This document shows positions 37,101 to 46,462 of a stretch of 64,000 bases of DNA, one piece after another. The DNA is from Candidatus Gottesmanbacteria bacterium UBA6580 (GTDB lineage: Bacteria > Patescibacteriota > Microgenomatia > UBA10105 > UBA927): positions 447,745 through 511,744 of the forward strand of contig DJJA01000003.1 of the NCBI GenBank assembly GCA_002433895.1, given 5' to 3'. A program made the translations under genes and the position numbers. The notes below the pieces were generated by a model that saw only the letters and a list, made by a program, of their open reading frames with translations, did not search any database and was not told where the DNA came from. Numbering within the stretch: the first letter of the stretch is position 1; each line of letters starts with the position of its first letter.

Positions 37101-38698
37101 TGACCAAGATACCTGCAATTTTCAAACGCATATCTCCTTTTCTACCGGCGATAGTACTGTTTTGTATATTGCTCCTCGGGGCGTACTTACGGTTGTACAG
37201 AATTCCTGAATACATGACATTCCTGGGTGATGAAGGCAGGGATATGCTTGTTATTAAGCGGATGATTGTCGATCATAAATTTACCCTTTTGGGTCCAACT
37301 GCATCGGTCGGGGGATTTTTCTTAGGTCCTATCTATTACTACTTCATGTTGCCGTTCGTATGGATATCCGGTTTAAATCCTGCAGGTGCCGCGGTTATGG
37401 TGGCGCTATTCGGAGTTGCCACCATTTACATGGTGTATCGTTTAGGCCGCGATGTTTTTGGCGTAGGAGTAGGCCTCGTTGCCGCCGCTTTATATAGCCT
37501 TTCACCCGTTGTTATCGCATACTCACGTTCATCCTGGAATCCCAATTTGGTTCCGTTCTTTTCTACTGTCCTTATATGGCTCATGTGGCGGTCGGTCATC
37601 AAGAATGAGCGGAAATTATTGTTTTGGGTAGGGGTATGTCTCGGGGTTGGGTTACAGCTTCACTATCTTTTTCTTTTTCTGTTTCCCGTGGTCGGCTTAT
37701 GGTATTTACTGTATGGCAGAAGCAGTACCTGGATCAGGTATTACGCACTGGGGTTGGCGGGATTTATTGTAGGGTATGGGCCATTTTTGGCTTTTGAATT
37801 ACGGCATGGGTTTCCCAATACCATATCGATATACAATTTTTTGAGAGAAGGTGAAGGAACGGGCTTGGTTGTTGCGACATTTTGGAAAAATATAGCGGAT
37901 GTTTCGTACCGTTTATTTGGCCGTCTCGTATTCCGACTTCCTCCTCCCGAGCAGTATGTAAATATTTCTGCGATGGGTCAGGCGCTGTGGACAACCGGTA
38001 CCAAATTTGCACTCTACACATCAGTCGCGCTATTAGGAGCATTTATTATTTTCCCGCGTCGTTTCGTGCTGTATTTTAAAGAAAAAACGGCAGCATACCC
38101 GCAGTTCCGGCAGAGCGCTGTGCTATTTTTATTATGGCTTGCCGTGCCCGTATTCCTCTTCGGGTTATATAAAAAAGGAATTTATGACTATTATTTTGGA
38201 TTGTTTTTCGCGCTTCCATTTTTGCTGACGGCGCTTATTATAAAAAGCGCGAGCATGAACACATTAGGAAAAGTTTTCGCGACAATTGCCGTCACCGGTC
38301 TTATATATCTAAATTGGGAAGGACGTCCGTTTAAATTCGAACCCAATAACCAGCTTGCACAGGCAAAAATGATTGCTGCCGCAGCATACGAAAAAGCAGA
38401 GGGAAAGCCATACAATTTCGCGCTTATTACAGGCGGAAACTCAGATCATGCGTACCGGTATTTTTTTGAAATTTGGGGAAATCCGCCGGTCACGATAGAA
38501 AATACGGACATAGATCCGGAGCGTCGCAGTGTGACTGATCAGTTGATTATCATTTGTGAATCCGCTGAGTGTAAGCCGTTGGGGCACCCACTCTGGGAGA
38601 TAGCGGGATTTGGGAGAGCTGAGATTATTGGCGAATGGCATGTATCATTTGTTAAAATTATGAAGCTTGTTCATTACAAGGGGGATGACTCGTTATGA
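37100..38698 (+). CDS. GT-C fold glycosyltransferase (ArnT/GT39-like)
   Basis: LRLY....FLGDEGRD first-loop motif, GPIYYY, SRSSWNPN, more than 10 TMs. Confidence 0.8.
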   Translation: MTKIPAIFKRISPFLPAIVLFCILLLGAYLRLYRIPEYMTFLGDEGRDMLVIKRMIVDHKFTLLGPTASVGGFFLGPIYYYFMLPFVWISGLNPAGAAVMVALFGVATIYMVYRLGRDVFGVGVGLVAAALYSLSPVVIAYSRSSWNPNLVPFFSTVLIWLMWRSVIKNERKLLFWVGVCLGVGLQLHYLFLFLFPVVGLWYLLYGRSSTWIRYYALGLAGFIVGYGPFLAFELRHGFPNTISIYNFLREGEGTGLVVATFWKNIADVSYRLFGRLVFRLPPPEQYVNISAMGQALWTTGTKFALYTSVALLGAFIIFPRRFVLYFKEKTAAYPQFRQSAVLFLLWLAVPVFLFGLYKKGIYDYYFGLFFALPFLLTALIIKSASMNTLGKVFATIAVTGLIYLNWEGRPFKFEPNNQLAQAKMIAAAAYEKAEGKPYNFALITGGNSDHAYRYFFEIWGNPPVTIENTDIDPERRSVTDQLIIICESAECKPLGHPLWEIAGFGRAEIIGEWHVSFVKIMKLVHYKGDDSL

Positions 38699-39447
38699 CC
38701 AAACCATTTCTTTCCATTGTGATACCTTCCTATAATGAAGAGACGAATATCCGTCTGGGCGCACTCGATAAAGTATCACGGTATTTGGAGCGCCAGTCAT
38801 ACGCATGGGAAGTGATTGTCGTCGACGACGGTTCCCGTGACAACTCACCGAGAATACTTGATAATTTTGTCAAAGCGAACAAAGGATTTCGTGTGATGCA
38901 CGAACCCCATCGTGGAAAGGCGGCAACTGTTATTGCCGGAGTGACTGAGGCACAAGGCGCGCTTGTCGTATTTACGGATTTGGATCAGGCGACTCCTATC
39001 TCGCAACTGGAAAAAATCCTTCCCTGGTTTGACCGGGGGTTTGATGTGGTGATAGGAAGCCGTAATAGAAGACGGGAGGGGGCTCCGATTTCGCGGGTTC
39101 TGATGGCGAGGGGATTTATGATACTGCGGAGTGTGTTGTTGGGTCTCCGGGGCATAACCGATACACAATGTGGATTTAAGGGGTTCCGGCGGTCTGCCGC
39201 ACGTGAGATCTTTTCAAAATTAGAGCTGTACGGGCATAATCACCAGGTAAATGGCCCGATGGTGACCGCAGGATTTGATATTGAGTCGTTGTTTTTGGCG
39301 AAAAAATTGGGATACAAAATAAAAGAAGTGCCGGTGGAGTGGCATTACGTAGAAACCCGCAGAGTAAATCCCATAAAAGATTCCTGGCAGGGACTGATGG
39401 ATATGTTACGGATCCGCCTCAATGCGTGGCAGGGAAAATACCGATAA
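38695..39447 (+). CDS. Dolichyl/polyprenyl-phosphate glucosyltransferase-like GT2
   Basis: PSYNEE, VDDGS, GKAA, FTDLDQATP, DTQCGFK, FDIE. Confidence 0.87.
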   Translation: MTKPFLSIVIPSYNEETNIRLGALDKVSRYLERQSYAWEVIVVDDGSRDNSPRILDNFVKANKGFRVMHEPHRGKAATVIAGVTEAQGALVVFTDLDQATPISQLEKILPWFDRGFDVVIGSRNRRREGAPISRVLMARGFMILRSVLLGLRGITDTQCGFKGFRRSAAREIFSKLELYGHNHQVNGPMVTAGFDIESLFLAKKLGYKIKEVPVEWHYVETRRVNPIKDSWQGLMDMLRIRLNAWQGKYR

Positions 39448-39479
39448 CGGGAGCGTGCCCCCGGTAAAGATATATCGAC

Positions 39480-40631
39480 ATGATAATGCGTAAAGAGAAA
39501 CATAATTTTCTGTTTTTTAGTTTTATTGCCGCGTCTGTAGCATTGGTACTGTTTAGCTATACACAGGTTGACTTAAATCTCACTCTCTCGAGAGTGGGAG
39601 TATGGCAGAGCATCCAGAAGTCTTTCCAATATATCGGGTTTTACCAACGTCCACTCGCTACCCTCATATACGCCGGCATTATTGTATCGATGTATGCGGT
39701 GTACCTGCTATTGCTTCGGTATATACAGCAGGGAAAAGCGGGCATTGGGTTAGTCCGAAAAATAGTTATGGCAGTTACTGTCATTACTGTATTTTCGTAT
39801 CCCGCCGCTTTTTCTTATGATTTTTTTAACTATTTATTTACGGCAAAAACCGTGTTGGTATATCACCAGAATCCCTACGCAGTGACGCCGTTACAGTTTA
39901 GCGGCATCGATCCGTGGACAAATTTTATGCGCTGGACACATTTATCCAGTGCGTATACTCCCTTTTGGATACTGATAAGTCTTGTTCCTTATATTATCGG
40001 ATTGGGGTATTTTATCCTTGTGTTGTTTGCGACGAAATTCATGATCGCGGGCTTTTATCTTCTCGCTTGTTGGGCGCTTAGTAAGGCATTATTGGCAGGT
40101 AATCCAAAGCAGCGCGCGTACGGCGTCGCATTATTTTCACTTAACCCACTTATCCTCATAGAATCGCTGGTAAGCGGACACAATGATATTGTACTGGTGG
40201 CCTTTGCCATGCTGTCCGTTATCGCGTATGTCAAAAAAGACATGTTACGGTCATGGATTTACCTGTCATTTTCAATTGCCGCGAAATTTATGACCATATT
40301 TCTCGTTCCCGTGTATGTATTCAAAAAAGGAAGCGTATGGATGTTGGCTGCCATGGCGGTAGGGTTATCCCTCGTGTTGCTGCGGCGGGAATTTTTACCA
40401 TGGTATTGGGTGTGGTTGCTGCCATTTGTGGCACTGAACGCGGAAAAAGAAAAAATAGTGAGGATGGCTGTGGTGATTTCGGCCGGGCTGGTGACAAGTT
40501 ATGCCGCGTATATATATTTCGGTGAGTATTCCGCAGTTATGCAGACATGGAAAACCGGGATTATATGGACGGGTGTAGGCGTGGGATTTATGACCGCGTT
40601 ACTGCCACTTACAAAGAGACGGAATGTCTGA
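39480..40631 (+). CDS. GT-C membrane glycosyltransferase (MptA/MptB-like)
   Basis: S.D...Y, NPY, S.Y.P, NPLIL.E....GHND, PWY..W; multipass. Confidence 0.7.
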   Translation: MIMRKEKHNFLFFSFIAASVALVLFSYTQVDLNLTLSRVGVWQSIQKSFQYIGFYQRPLATLIYAGIIVSMYAVYLLLLRYIQQGKAGIGLVRKIVMAVTVITVFSYPAAFSYDFFNYLFTAKTVLVYHQNPYAVTPLQFSGIDPWTNFMRWTHLSSAYTPFWILISLVPYIIGLGYFILVLFATKFMIAGFYLLACWALSKALLAGNPKQRAYGVALFSLNPLILIESLVSGHNDIVLVAFAMLSVIAYVKKDMLRSWIYLSFSIAAKFMTIFLVPVYVFKKGSVWMLAAMAVGLSLVLLRREFLPWYWVWLLPFVALNAEKEKIVRMAVVISAGLVTSYAAYIYFGEYSAVMQTWKTGIIWTGVGVGFMTALLPLTKRRNV

Positions 40632-40938
40632 ATATCCCCAGTACAATAAATCCCTGTACAGCGATAAGCGCTGCATTGACCGTAATGATTGGCTTTTCCC
40701 TGTGAAGCAGTCCATAACAAAGCCAAAAGCAGGAGCCGAGAAAAAACCCGATCCACGATACAAGTGAGACACCCGAAACATCCCGAGATGTCCAGACAGT
40801 GATAAGCTGGGGAACATTTACTGCTACCGTAACAGCACCCATAAGATACGCGGATCTATCAAAAAGTTGTAATAACGTGGATTTTGCCCGGTTTTTGTGC
40901 GCATGCCTATGTATGGCGTGGTGCATTCCTGTTTGCAT
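40609..40938 (-). CDS. SemiSWEET / PQ-loop transporter
   Basis: VPQL...W...DVSGVS...W....W..YG......PII..N; three TMs. Confidence 0.8.
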   Translation of the reverse strand: MQTGMHHAIHRHAHKNRAKSTLLQLFDRSAYLMGAVTVAVNVPQLITVWTSRDVSGVSLVSWIGFFLGSCFWLCYGLLHREKPIITVNAALIAVQGFIVLGIFRHSVSL

Positions 40939-41024
40939 AGCTCAGACCAGTGTAGCATATGGTTCTCCTGCCTACAGCGTTCGGCTTCACTGTTTTGCCG
41001 TGAGTAGGATATAATTGGATAGGT

Positions 41025-42551
41025 ATGCGCTTCTTGTCTAAACAATGGCTCTGGATCGTTTTTGGATTAGGGCTACTCCTTATCCTGTACGCCGTATTAC
41101 GGCTCACAAACCTTACCGGTTTACCCATATTTACCGATGAGGCGATATATATACGGTGGTCTCAGATAGGGTATAGGGATGCTGCGTGGCGGTTTATATC
41201 GCTAACCGACGGCAAACAGCCGATGTTTACCTGGATAATGATGGGGCTTTTCAAGTTGTTTGAGGGGGCGGACCCGCTTTTTGTCGGCAGGTTAACCTCA
41301 GTAGTCGCGGGCGCTGGTACCCTTATAGGGTTATGGGTGTTATCATATGAGCTTTTCCGTGATAAACGGATAGCATGGCTTTCGAGCTTCATCTATGTCG
41401 TGTTGCCGTTTAGTATGTGGTATGACCGTATGGCGCTGTACGATTCCCTGGCTGCGACGTTTTTTGTCTGGGGTCTGTATGTCGGTGTACTGCTTGCGCG
41501 GTACGTGCGTCTGGATTTGGCGCTCATATTGGCAATGGTCTTGTCGGCAGGAATGCTCAATAAAAGCTCAGGCTTTTTGACGCTTTATTTTATCCCGGTT
41601 ACGTTGCTGGTTTTTGACTGGCAGGCAAAACATTGGGTAAAGCGGTTGGGGCGGTGGATACTTTTTGTCCTAATTGCCGCCGTGCTTTCACAGCTCTTTT
41701 ATAGCGTCCTCCGGCTGTCGCCCTTTTTTCATCTTATCGGCCAGAAAGATAACGTATTTGTGTTTACATTTTCTGAGTGGCTTAGCCAGCCATTCCGGTT
41801 TTTTGCGGGGAACCTGCGTGGCATGTTCGATTGGTTGCGTGTCTATATGACGCTCCCAATGTTTATTTTGGCGTTTGTCCCTCTGTTTGCCAGATGGCCG
41901 AAATTCCGCGAGAGCCTACTGCTGTATTTTTTCTGGGGTTTGCCCTTTGTGGCACTCGCGAATTTTGGAAAAATTCTTTACCCGCGGTACATTTTATTTA
42001 TGGCTATGCCGCTCATCATCATAGCGGCACACGCGTTTGTACGTTTATGGGAACGTAACCACACACTGTTTCGTCGGCTAGTACTGGCGGGTTTGGTATT
42101 TATACCGAGTGTGTATATATCGGGTGTTATTATGATGAACCCGAAGGAAGCACTCATCCCGCTTGCCGACCGGGGGCAGTTTATTGATGATTGGCCGGCA
42201 GGCGGAGGCGTGAAAGAGGTGGTTTCCTATCTCAACGCGGCAGCAAAACAGCAAAAAATACATGTGTTTACCGAAGGAACATTTGGACTTATGCCCTACG
42301 CCCTCGAAATATATCTTATTGATAATCCGGATATAAAAATTACCGGTATTTGGCCGCTTCCTGTCGCGATGCCTGACCAGATAGTGCAGTCTGCATCGGT
42401 GAGCGCAACATATTTTGTGCTCAACGAGACGCAGATAGCACCGGAGAAATGGCCAATTACCCTCATCGGGGAATATGAAAAAGGGAAGAGGGCAGACCGC
42501 AAGAAACTCCGTTTTTTTAGGGTAGGACAGTCTTCATCGACCTTACCATGA
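41025..42551 (+). CDS. GT-C fold glycosyltransferase (GT39/PMT_2-like)
   Basis: LRL......PIFTDEAIY, DGKQP, YDRMALYD, YPRY; multipass. Confidence 0.8.
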   Translation: MRFLSKQWLWIVFGLGLLLILYAVLRLTNLTGLPIFTDEAIYIRWSQIGYRDAAWRFISLTDGKQPMFTWIMMGLFKLFEGADPLFVGRLTSVVAGAGTLIGLWVLSYELFRDKRIAWLSSFIYVVLPFSMWYDRMALYDSLAATFFVWGLYVGVLLARYVRLDLALILAMVLSAGMLNKSSGFLTLYFIPVTLLVFDWQAKHWVKRLGRWILFVLIAAVLSQLFYSVLRLSPFFHLIGQKDNVFVFTFSEWLSQPFRFFAGNLRGMFDWLRVYMTLPMFILAFVPLFARWPKFRESLLLYFFWGLPFVALANFGKILYPRYILFMAMPLIIIAAHAFVRLWERNHTLFRRLVLAGLVFIPSVYISGVIMMNPKEALIPLADRGQFIDDWPAGGGVKEVVSYLNAAAKQQKIHVFTEGTFGLMPYALEIYLIDNPDIKITGIWPLPVAMPDQIVQSASVSATYFVLNETQIAPEKWPITLIGEYEKGKRADRKKLRFFRVGQSSSTLP

Positions 42552-44080
42552 CGAAAAAAAAATCTCCGTTTCCGTGGATAGCGGGCATTCTTCTAATGCT
42601 TTCATTGGGGTTGGTGTTGTGGCCGTTTTTCCGGCCGGGTTTTTTCATTACCGATGACGGCGAGTGGATGGTGATACGCCTGTCGGCATTTTATCAAAGT
42701 TTGGCATCCGGACAGTTTCCCGTGCGATTCTTAGGCAGGCTGAATAATAGCTATGGCTATCCGGTGGCAAATTTTCTTTACCCTGGTTTTCTCTATATAG
42801 GATCGGTTTTGCATGTTATCGGCATTTCTTTTGTCGACGCGGTGAAAGTTATATTAGGTGTTTCGGTGGCGGGAGGGGCAGCAGCGACATTTATGACGCT
42901 CCGGTCACGTTTCAAAATGGTACCCAGCATATTGGGAACAATGAGTTTTATTTTTTCACCATACTTACTCTACGATGTGTACCGGAGGGGTTCGGTCGGA
43001 GAATTGCTGGGTATTTTCGCCGCGGCGATCGCGCTACTTGCGCTTTCGAAAGGGTGGGTGTGGCTGATGGCTCCCAGTATCGCTTTTCTAATTGTCAGCC
43101 ATAACACTGTGGCATTGATTGCTGGTCTTGGTATAGCCGTGCTCATTTTCCTGCATCAGAAAAGATTAGCCATGATAATAAGCGCTGCATGGGGGGTCGG
43201 GATGGCGGCGTTTTTTTGGCTACCCGCTTTACTCGAAAAGCGCTTTGTACGGTTTGACGCGACGATTGTGTCAAATCCATCGTTTTATTTCGTGAACGTT
43301 GAAAACGCTGCGTTATTGGGCGCAGGAGTTATTGTAGCGTTGGCGGTTATATTAGGGCTCCGTAAAAAACTGGCTGGCCAGGACAAAATTATAACTATAC
43401 TGGCGGTAACGGGTATTGTATTGAGCGTTGCCATAAGTGCGCCGCTTTGGAGCATGCCGCTATTGGGTAAACTTGTGCAGTTTCCTTACCGGTTTTTGGT
43501 ACTTACCGTTCTTTTTGGCCCATGGGTGGTCGCGCTCGCGGTTGAACATGTACGCGGATGGCAGCAAAAACTCCTCGGCGTTATTCTATTGGTAATATTT
43601 TCGCACGGGCTTATCATGCAGCTCGGAGATGTCCGTTTTGTAGAACGGCCAGAAGGGTATTACACCACAAATGAGGCGACAACGAATGTCGCAAATGAAT
43701 ACATGCCGCTGTGGGTAACTGATATTCCGCTGTCGAGACCCGTCGAAACGCTGGAGGTTATAGAAGGCGATGTTAAAATTCTTCACCGTACATTTTTGGG
43801 GGAATATATGAAAGTCGATATAGATGCGAAAAAGGACAGTGTCGTACAAATAAATAAAATCTATTATCCAGGATGGGGTATTACATTAGATAATAAACTG
43901 ATGCGGATTAATTACCAGAATCCATTGGGAGTGATGCGGGTTGAGGTTCCCGCAGGAGTCCATACGTTAGTCGCGACATTCCGTGAGACCCCTATGCGGT
44001 TATTTTCGGATATTGTGAGTCTTGTGTGTGTTATCGGGTATCTCATATTTGTGAAACGGCTGAAACCACGTGTCACATGA
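42548..44080 (+). CDS. PTPS-related/YfhO-like multipass membrane protein (putative GT-C)
   Basis: TDD, GQFPVR, YGYP...FLYP, RG..GE, FFWLPA, QFPYRF, YYPGW. Confidence 0.75.
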   Translation: MTKKKSPFPWIAGILLMLSLGLVLWPFFRPGFFITDDGEWMVIRLSAFYQSLASGQFPVRFLGRLNNSYGYPVANFLYPGFLYIGSVLHVIGISFVDAVKVILGVSVAGGAAATFMTLRSRFKMVPSILGTMSFIFSPYLLYDVYRRGSVGELLGIFAAAIALLALSKGWVWLMAPSIAFLIVSHNTVALIAGLGIAVLIFLHQKRLAMIISAAWGVGMAAFFWLPALLEKRFVRFDATIVSNPSFYFVNVENAALLGAGVIVALAVILGLRKKLAGQDKIITILAVTGIVLSVAISAPLWSMPLLGKLVQFPYRFLVLTVLFGPWVVALAVEHVRGWQQKLLGVILLVIFSHGLIMQLGDVRFVERPEGYYTTNEATTNVANEYMPLWVTDIPLSRPVETLEVIEGDVKILHRTFLGEYMKVDIDAKKDSVVQINKIYYPGWGITLDNKLMRINYQNPLGVMRVEVPAGVHTLVATFRETPMRLFSDIVSLVCVIGYLIFVKRLKPRVT

Positions 44081-45741
44081 AGAAATTATTGCCATTATTT
44101 TTCGTTATATGTCTTAGCCTGCTCACGATCCGCGGACTGTGGACAGACGGATACTTCCCCATGCATGACGATACCCAGGTGTCCAGGGTGATTGTGATGG
44201 GAAGAGCATTGAAAGAGGGGCAGTTTCCCGTGCGTTGGGTGTCTGATTTAGGGTATGGGTATGGATACCCGATTTATAATTTTTACGGGCCATTACCTTA
44301 TTATGCTGGTGGTGCCCTCTACGCGCTCGGTGTCCCCGCGCTGCTTGCCACAAAAATCATGTTTTCGGTCGGGATAATCCTGCCAGCGGTTTTATTGTAT
44401 ATAGTGCTTGCGTCGGGTGTGGGCTGGCAAACGGCGCTACTGGGTTCACTTCTGTATGTCTTTGCGCCCTATCATGCGGTACAGATTTACGTCCGTGGGG
44501 CGGTGGGTGAATACTGGATTCTTATGTTTTGGCCGCTTATTGTATATGGATTTTGGGGATTGTCGCACGCGCGTCAACGGTTTAGCCGGATAGCGATCGG
44601 AGCCATCGGGATGAGCGGGGCGGTTTTGTCCCATACGTTGCTGGGTTATGTCACTGTCCTTTTTTGTGTGGCGGGGGCCGCCGCGTATTGGGGGTACAGT
44701 ATAGTAGCAAAAAAATTTGACCGCGCAGTTGCGTTCGGGACGTTAGCGCTGATAGTCCTGGGACTGGGTCTTTCTTCATTTTTTTGGGCGCCAGCTGCTT
44801 TGGAAATGGGCTATACGAGTGTCGCAGGCCAGGTGAGTGCCACTGCGGACTACCGTGATCATTTTGTGTGTGTGGGGCAGTTATGGAGTTCGTTATGGGG
44901 TTTTGGAGGGTCAGTTCCTGGCTGCCTTGACGGCATGTCGTTTGTTTTGGGGAAGCTGCATGTGGCATTGGCTGTCGCGGGACTTGCCGTGTGGTTTACC
45001 GGGCGCCGGGAAAAAGGAAAACATGTTGTACTGACGGGCCTCGTGCTTGCGGCTGTGAGCGTATTTTTTATGACTCAATACGCTCAATTTGCATGGGCAA
45101 CCTTGCCGGGTTTTGCCTTTTTACAGTATCCTTGGCGGTTTTTAGCGGTAGCCGCGTTTGGATTATCACTCTTGGGAAGTCTGACTGTCGAGGGTATTAA
45201 AAAACCCGTCATAAAAGCCGTATGCACGACGTTGTTCGTGTTGTTGCTGGTGTTAGGTAATAGTAAATGGTTCACGCCTCAATATACGTATGAAAAAGAC
45301 ACCAGCACGTTTGAAACAGCGTCGGATTTGCGGTGGCGAGCATCAAGAATATCTGACGAATATTTGCCTCCCGGTATAATCCGTCCGACAGAGGAATCAC
45401 AGGTTATTTTTGATACAATAAGGAAACGGGACGGTCTGGCTGTCACCGGTATTACGGATACGGCGACACACATGCGTATGGCTGTAGAAACAACACAGTC
45501 AGCGTCGATTGTCCTCAATGCTGCGTATTTCCCGGGATGGCAGTATACAGTGAATAACCGGGAGGTACAGCCGGAGGTGCAAAACGGTTTACCGGTTATT
45601 CAGATAGCAGCAGGCGTATCTGTTATTGACGCGCGTTTTACGGACACACCCGTAAGAACGGTTGCCAATATAGTGTCAATGATTACATTATTGATCGTAG
45701 GAGGGATGTATTATGACGGAAAAAGAAAAACCAAGCGTTAA
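44077..45741 (+). CDS. PTPS-related/YfhO-like multipass membrane protein (paralog of the upstream gene)
   Basis: MHDD, GQFPVRW, GYGYP..NFY, YVRGAVGE, FFWAPA, QYPWRF, YFPGW; ATGA overlap. Confidence 0.78.
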   Translation: MKKLLPLFFVICLSLLTIRGLWTDGYFPMHDDTQVSRVIVMGRALKEGQFPVRWVSDLGYGYGYPIYNFYGPLPYYAGGALYALGVPALLATKIMFSVGIILPAVLLYIVLASGVGWQTALLGSLLYVFAPYHAVQIYVRGAVGEYWILMFWPLIVYGFWGLSHARQRFSRIAIGAIGMSGAVLSHTLLGYVTVLFCVAGAAAYWGYSIVAKKFDRAVAFGTLALIVLGLGLSSFFWAPAALEMGYTSVAGQVSATADYRDHFVCVGQLWSSLWGFGGSVPGCLDGMSFVLGKLHVALAVAGLAVWFTGRREKGKHVVLTGLVLAAVSVFFMTQYAQFAWATLPGFAFLQYPWRFLAVAAFGLSLLGSLTVEGIKKPVIKAVCTTLFVLLLVLGNSKWFTPQYTYEKDTSTFETASDLRWRASRISDEYLPPGIIRPTEESQVIFDTIRKRDGLAVTGITDTATHMRMAVETTQSASIVLNAAYFPGWQYTVNNREVQPEVQNGLPVIQIAAGVSVIDARFTDTPVRTVANIVSMITLLIVGGMYYDGKRKTKR

Positions 45742-46462
45742 TATCGTATTACCGGTATACAACGAAGAAGTAGAGCTTGCGGCGAGTGTGACGACGCTTT
45801 CGCGTTTTTTACGTAAACAGCTCGAGGATTTCTCGTGGCACATCACCATCGCGGATAATGCCAGCACAGATAAAACGCTTGCAATAGCCCGTTCATTGAG
45901 CCATAAATACTCCTTTGTGTCTGTCGATCACCTGTCGAGGAAGGGGAGAGGAAGAGCAGTAAAGCATGTATGGCGCAAGGGAGAATATGACTATCTCGCG
46001 TACATGGATATTGACTTATCGACTGATTTACGTCATCTGCCTCAGCTTCTGCGTTCGCTCGAGCGTGGATACGATATCGCGATCGGTAGTCGGAATGCGC
46101 GGGGGGCACGGGTGTATGGAAGGGGTCTGCTCCGGTCTCTTACGTCAAAAGGATACATTATCCTCATTAAATTTATATTTTGGGTAGGTTTTACGGATGC
46201 GCAGTGCGGATTTAAGGCAGTAAATAGGAAAGTAATTACCAATCTGTTACCGCACATTAAGGATAACGAATGGTTTTTCGACAGCGAATTGTTGATCGTC
46301 GGCGAAAAAAGCGGATACCGGATTTATGAAGAGCCGGTGACATGGATTGATAACCCCGGATCTACCGTGCGGGTTATGAAAACCGCTATCGGAGATCTCA
46401 AAGGATTGCTCCGGTTGTTCTTGGGCAGGCCATGGAGAAAGTTACAATATGGCAGAAATTGA
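45713..46462 (+). CDS. Polyprenyl-phosphate glycosyltransferase-like GT2
   Basis: PVYNEE, ADNASTD, GRGRA, YMDIDLSTD, DAQCGFKA, WFFDSE. Confidence 0.87.
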   Translation: MTEKEKPSVNIVLPVYNEEVELAASVTTLSRFLRKQLEDFSWHITIADNASTDKTLAIARSLSHKYSFVSVDHLSRKGRGRAVKHVWRKGEYDYLAYMDIDLSTDLRHLPQLLRSLERGYDIAIGSRNARGARVYGRGLLRSLTSKGYIILIKFIFWVGFTDAQCGFKAVNRKVITNLLPHIKDNEWFFDSELLIVGEKSGYRIYEEPVTWIDNPGSTVRVMKTAIGDLKGLLRLFLGRPWRKLQYGRN

